Assembly (NCBI GenBank): GCA_002269645.1
Contig: NIVC01000020.1
Location: 992,001 to 1,056,000 of the forward strand
Origin: Macrostomum lignano
Taxonomy: Eukaryota
DNA: 64,000 nt
Direction of reading: 5' to 3'
In this document: positions 63,333 through 64,000 of the stretch, in pieces
Layout of the letters: each line of letters starts with the position of its first letter
How positions within the stretch are numbered: position 1 is the first letter of the stretch
Translations under genes and position numbers: made by a program
The notes under the pieces: model-generated
Told to the model about the DNA's origin: nothing
Database searches by the model: none
Seen by the model: only the letters and a program-made list of their open reading frames with translations

Positions 63333-63439
63333 AGGCCGGATTCAAGTACCTTGGCAGCTGGTTTAATAAGAATCTCAAGCGGGATTTTAAACAGCAGCAG
63401 CAGCAGAGCAAGCTGAACTCAATCTTTCTTGTGCAAACT
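63333..63439 (+). CDS. Cassette exon X7 (107 nt): AGFKYLGSWFNKNLKRDFKQQQQQSKLNSIFLVQT
   Basis: TTCTTTATAG acceptor (phase 1), GTGAGT donor (phase 0), same register. Confidence 0.85.
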
Positions 63440-63538
63440 GTGAGTGCGGACTCGGCTTTGCGCTGTGTTGTGGTGATGAATAGCAGTGAGCATTCGCACT
63501 GTCTGAGCAGGGGTGAGAGCCTGATTTGTCTGGTTCAG

Positions 63539-63583
63539 TTGTGTCTGCTGCTAAAGCTATTTTCCTTGTTTGAACTGCCGAGG
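63539..63583 (+). CDS. Possible downstream constant exon (45 nt, phase 0/0): LCLLLKLFSLFELPR
   Basis: GGTTCAG acceptor in phase 0 fits all cassette donors, and a GTAAGT donor follows. No homology support. Confidence 0.35.
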
Positions 63584-63664
63584 GTAAGTCTATTGTGCGA
63601 CTCTCCCGGCTGCTCTATCCGCGTTCTGCCGAGAACTCTTGGTAACTGGCTTCTAATTTAGTAA

Positions 63665-64000
63665 ATCCCCATCCCACCAGCCCGAGAATCCCATCCCATC
63701 TACCTGAGAATCCCATCCCATCTCATCTACCTGAGAATCCCCATCCCATCACCCCGAGAATCCCATCTCACCTACCTGAGAATCCCCATCCCATCAGCCC
63801 AGGAATCCCATCTCATCTACCTGAGAATCCCATCCCATCTCACCTACCTGAGAATCCCCATCCCATCAGCCCAGGAATCCCATCTCACCTACCTAAGAGT
63901 CCCCATCCCACCAGCCCGAGAATCCCATCCCATCTACCTGAGAATCCCATCCCATCTCATCTACCTGAGAATCCCCATCCCATCACCCTGAGAATCCCAT
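63665..64000. repeat. Minisatellite, unit about 23-33 bp, running off the right edge (probably intronic)
   Basis: Recurrent CCTGAGAATCCCATCCCATCTCATCTA variants. Confidence 0.9.

Overview
Animal genomic DNA with spliced genes. GC-rich, Ala/Gln-tract-rich exons, minisatellite-filled introns, a universal stress protein gene and splice acceptors just before several start codons suggest a free-living flatworm such as Macrostomum (inference only). 1-20.4 kb holds five minus-strand genes: UMPS (runs off the left edge), MRPL49, COX10, a USP-domain gene and a FAK-family kinase. 20.5-54 kb is mostly AT-rich, CpG-depleted transposon debris: a Merlin remnant, a THAP-carrying TIR element with an 8-bp TSD, a CORE-type SINE, a MITE, three copies of a non-autonomous Helitron-like element and a Penelope-like fragment with a hammerhead ribozyme motif. 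It also holds an intronless ApoL/alpha-pore-former-like gene and CEP72. At 54.5 kb is an intronless SCAF4/8-type RRM gene with no CID in the ORF. The main discovery is at 59.6-63.6 kb: an unrecognised nuclear-protein gene has two constant exons followed by seven homologous cassette exons (107,119,107,95,107,107,107 nt). Each has a phase-1 acceptor and a phase-0 donor and encodes the same ungapped helix pattern (Y5-hydrophobic6-x2-aromatic9-aromatic10-x3-L14-K/R/Q15) with otherwise highly divergent residues. Adjacent cassettes cannot be joined in frame, which is the signature of a Dscam-like mutually exclusive exon cluster. It appears to swap the last basic helix of a putative nucleic-acid-binding domain. 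All coordinates and counts were read by hand; no searches were run.
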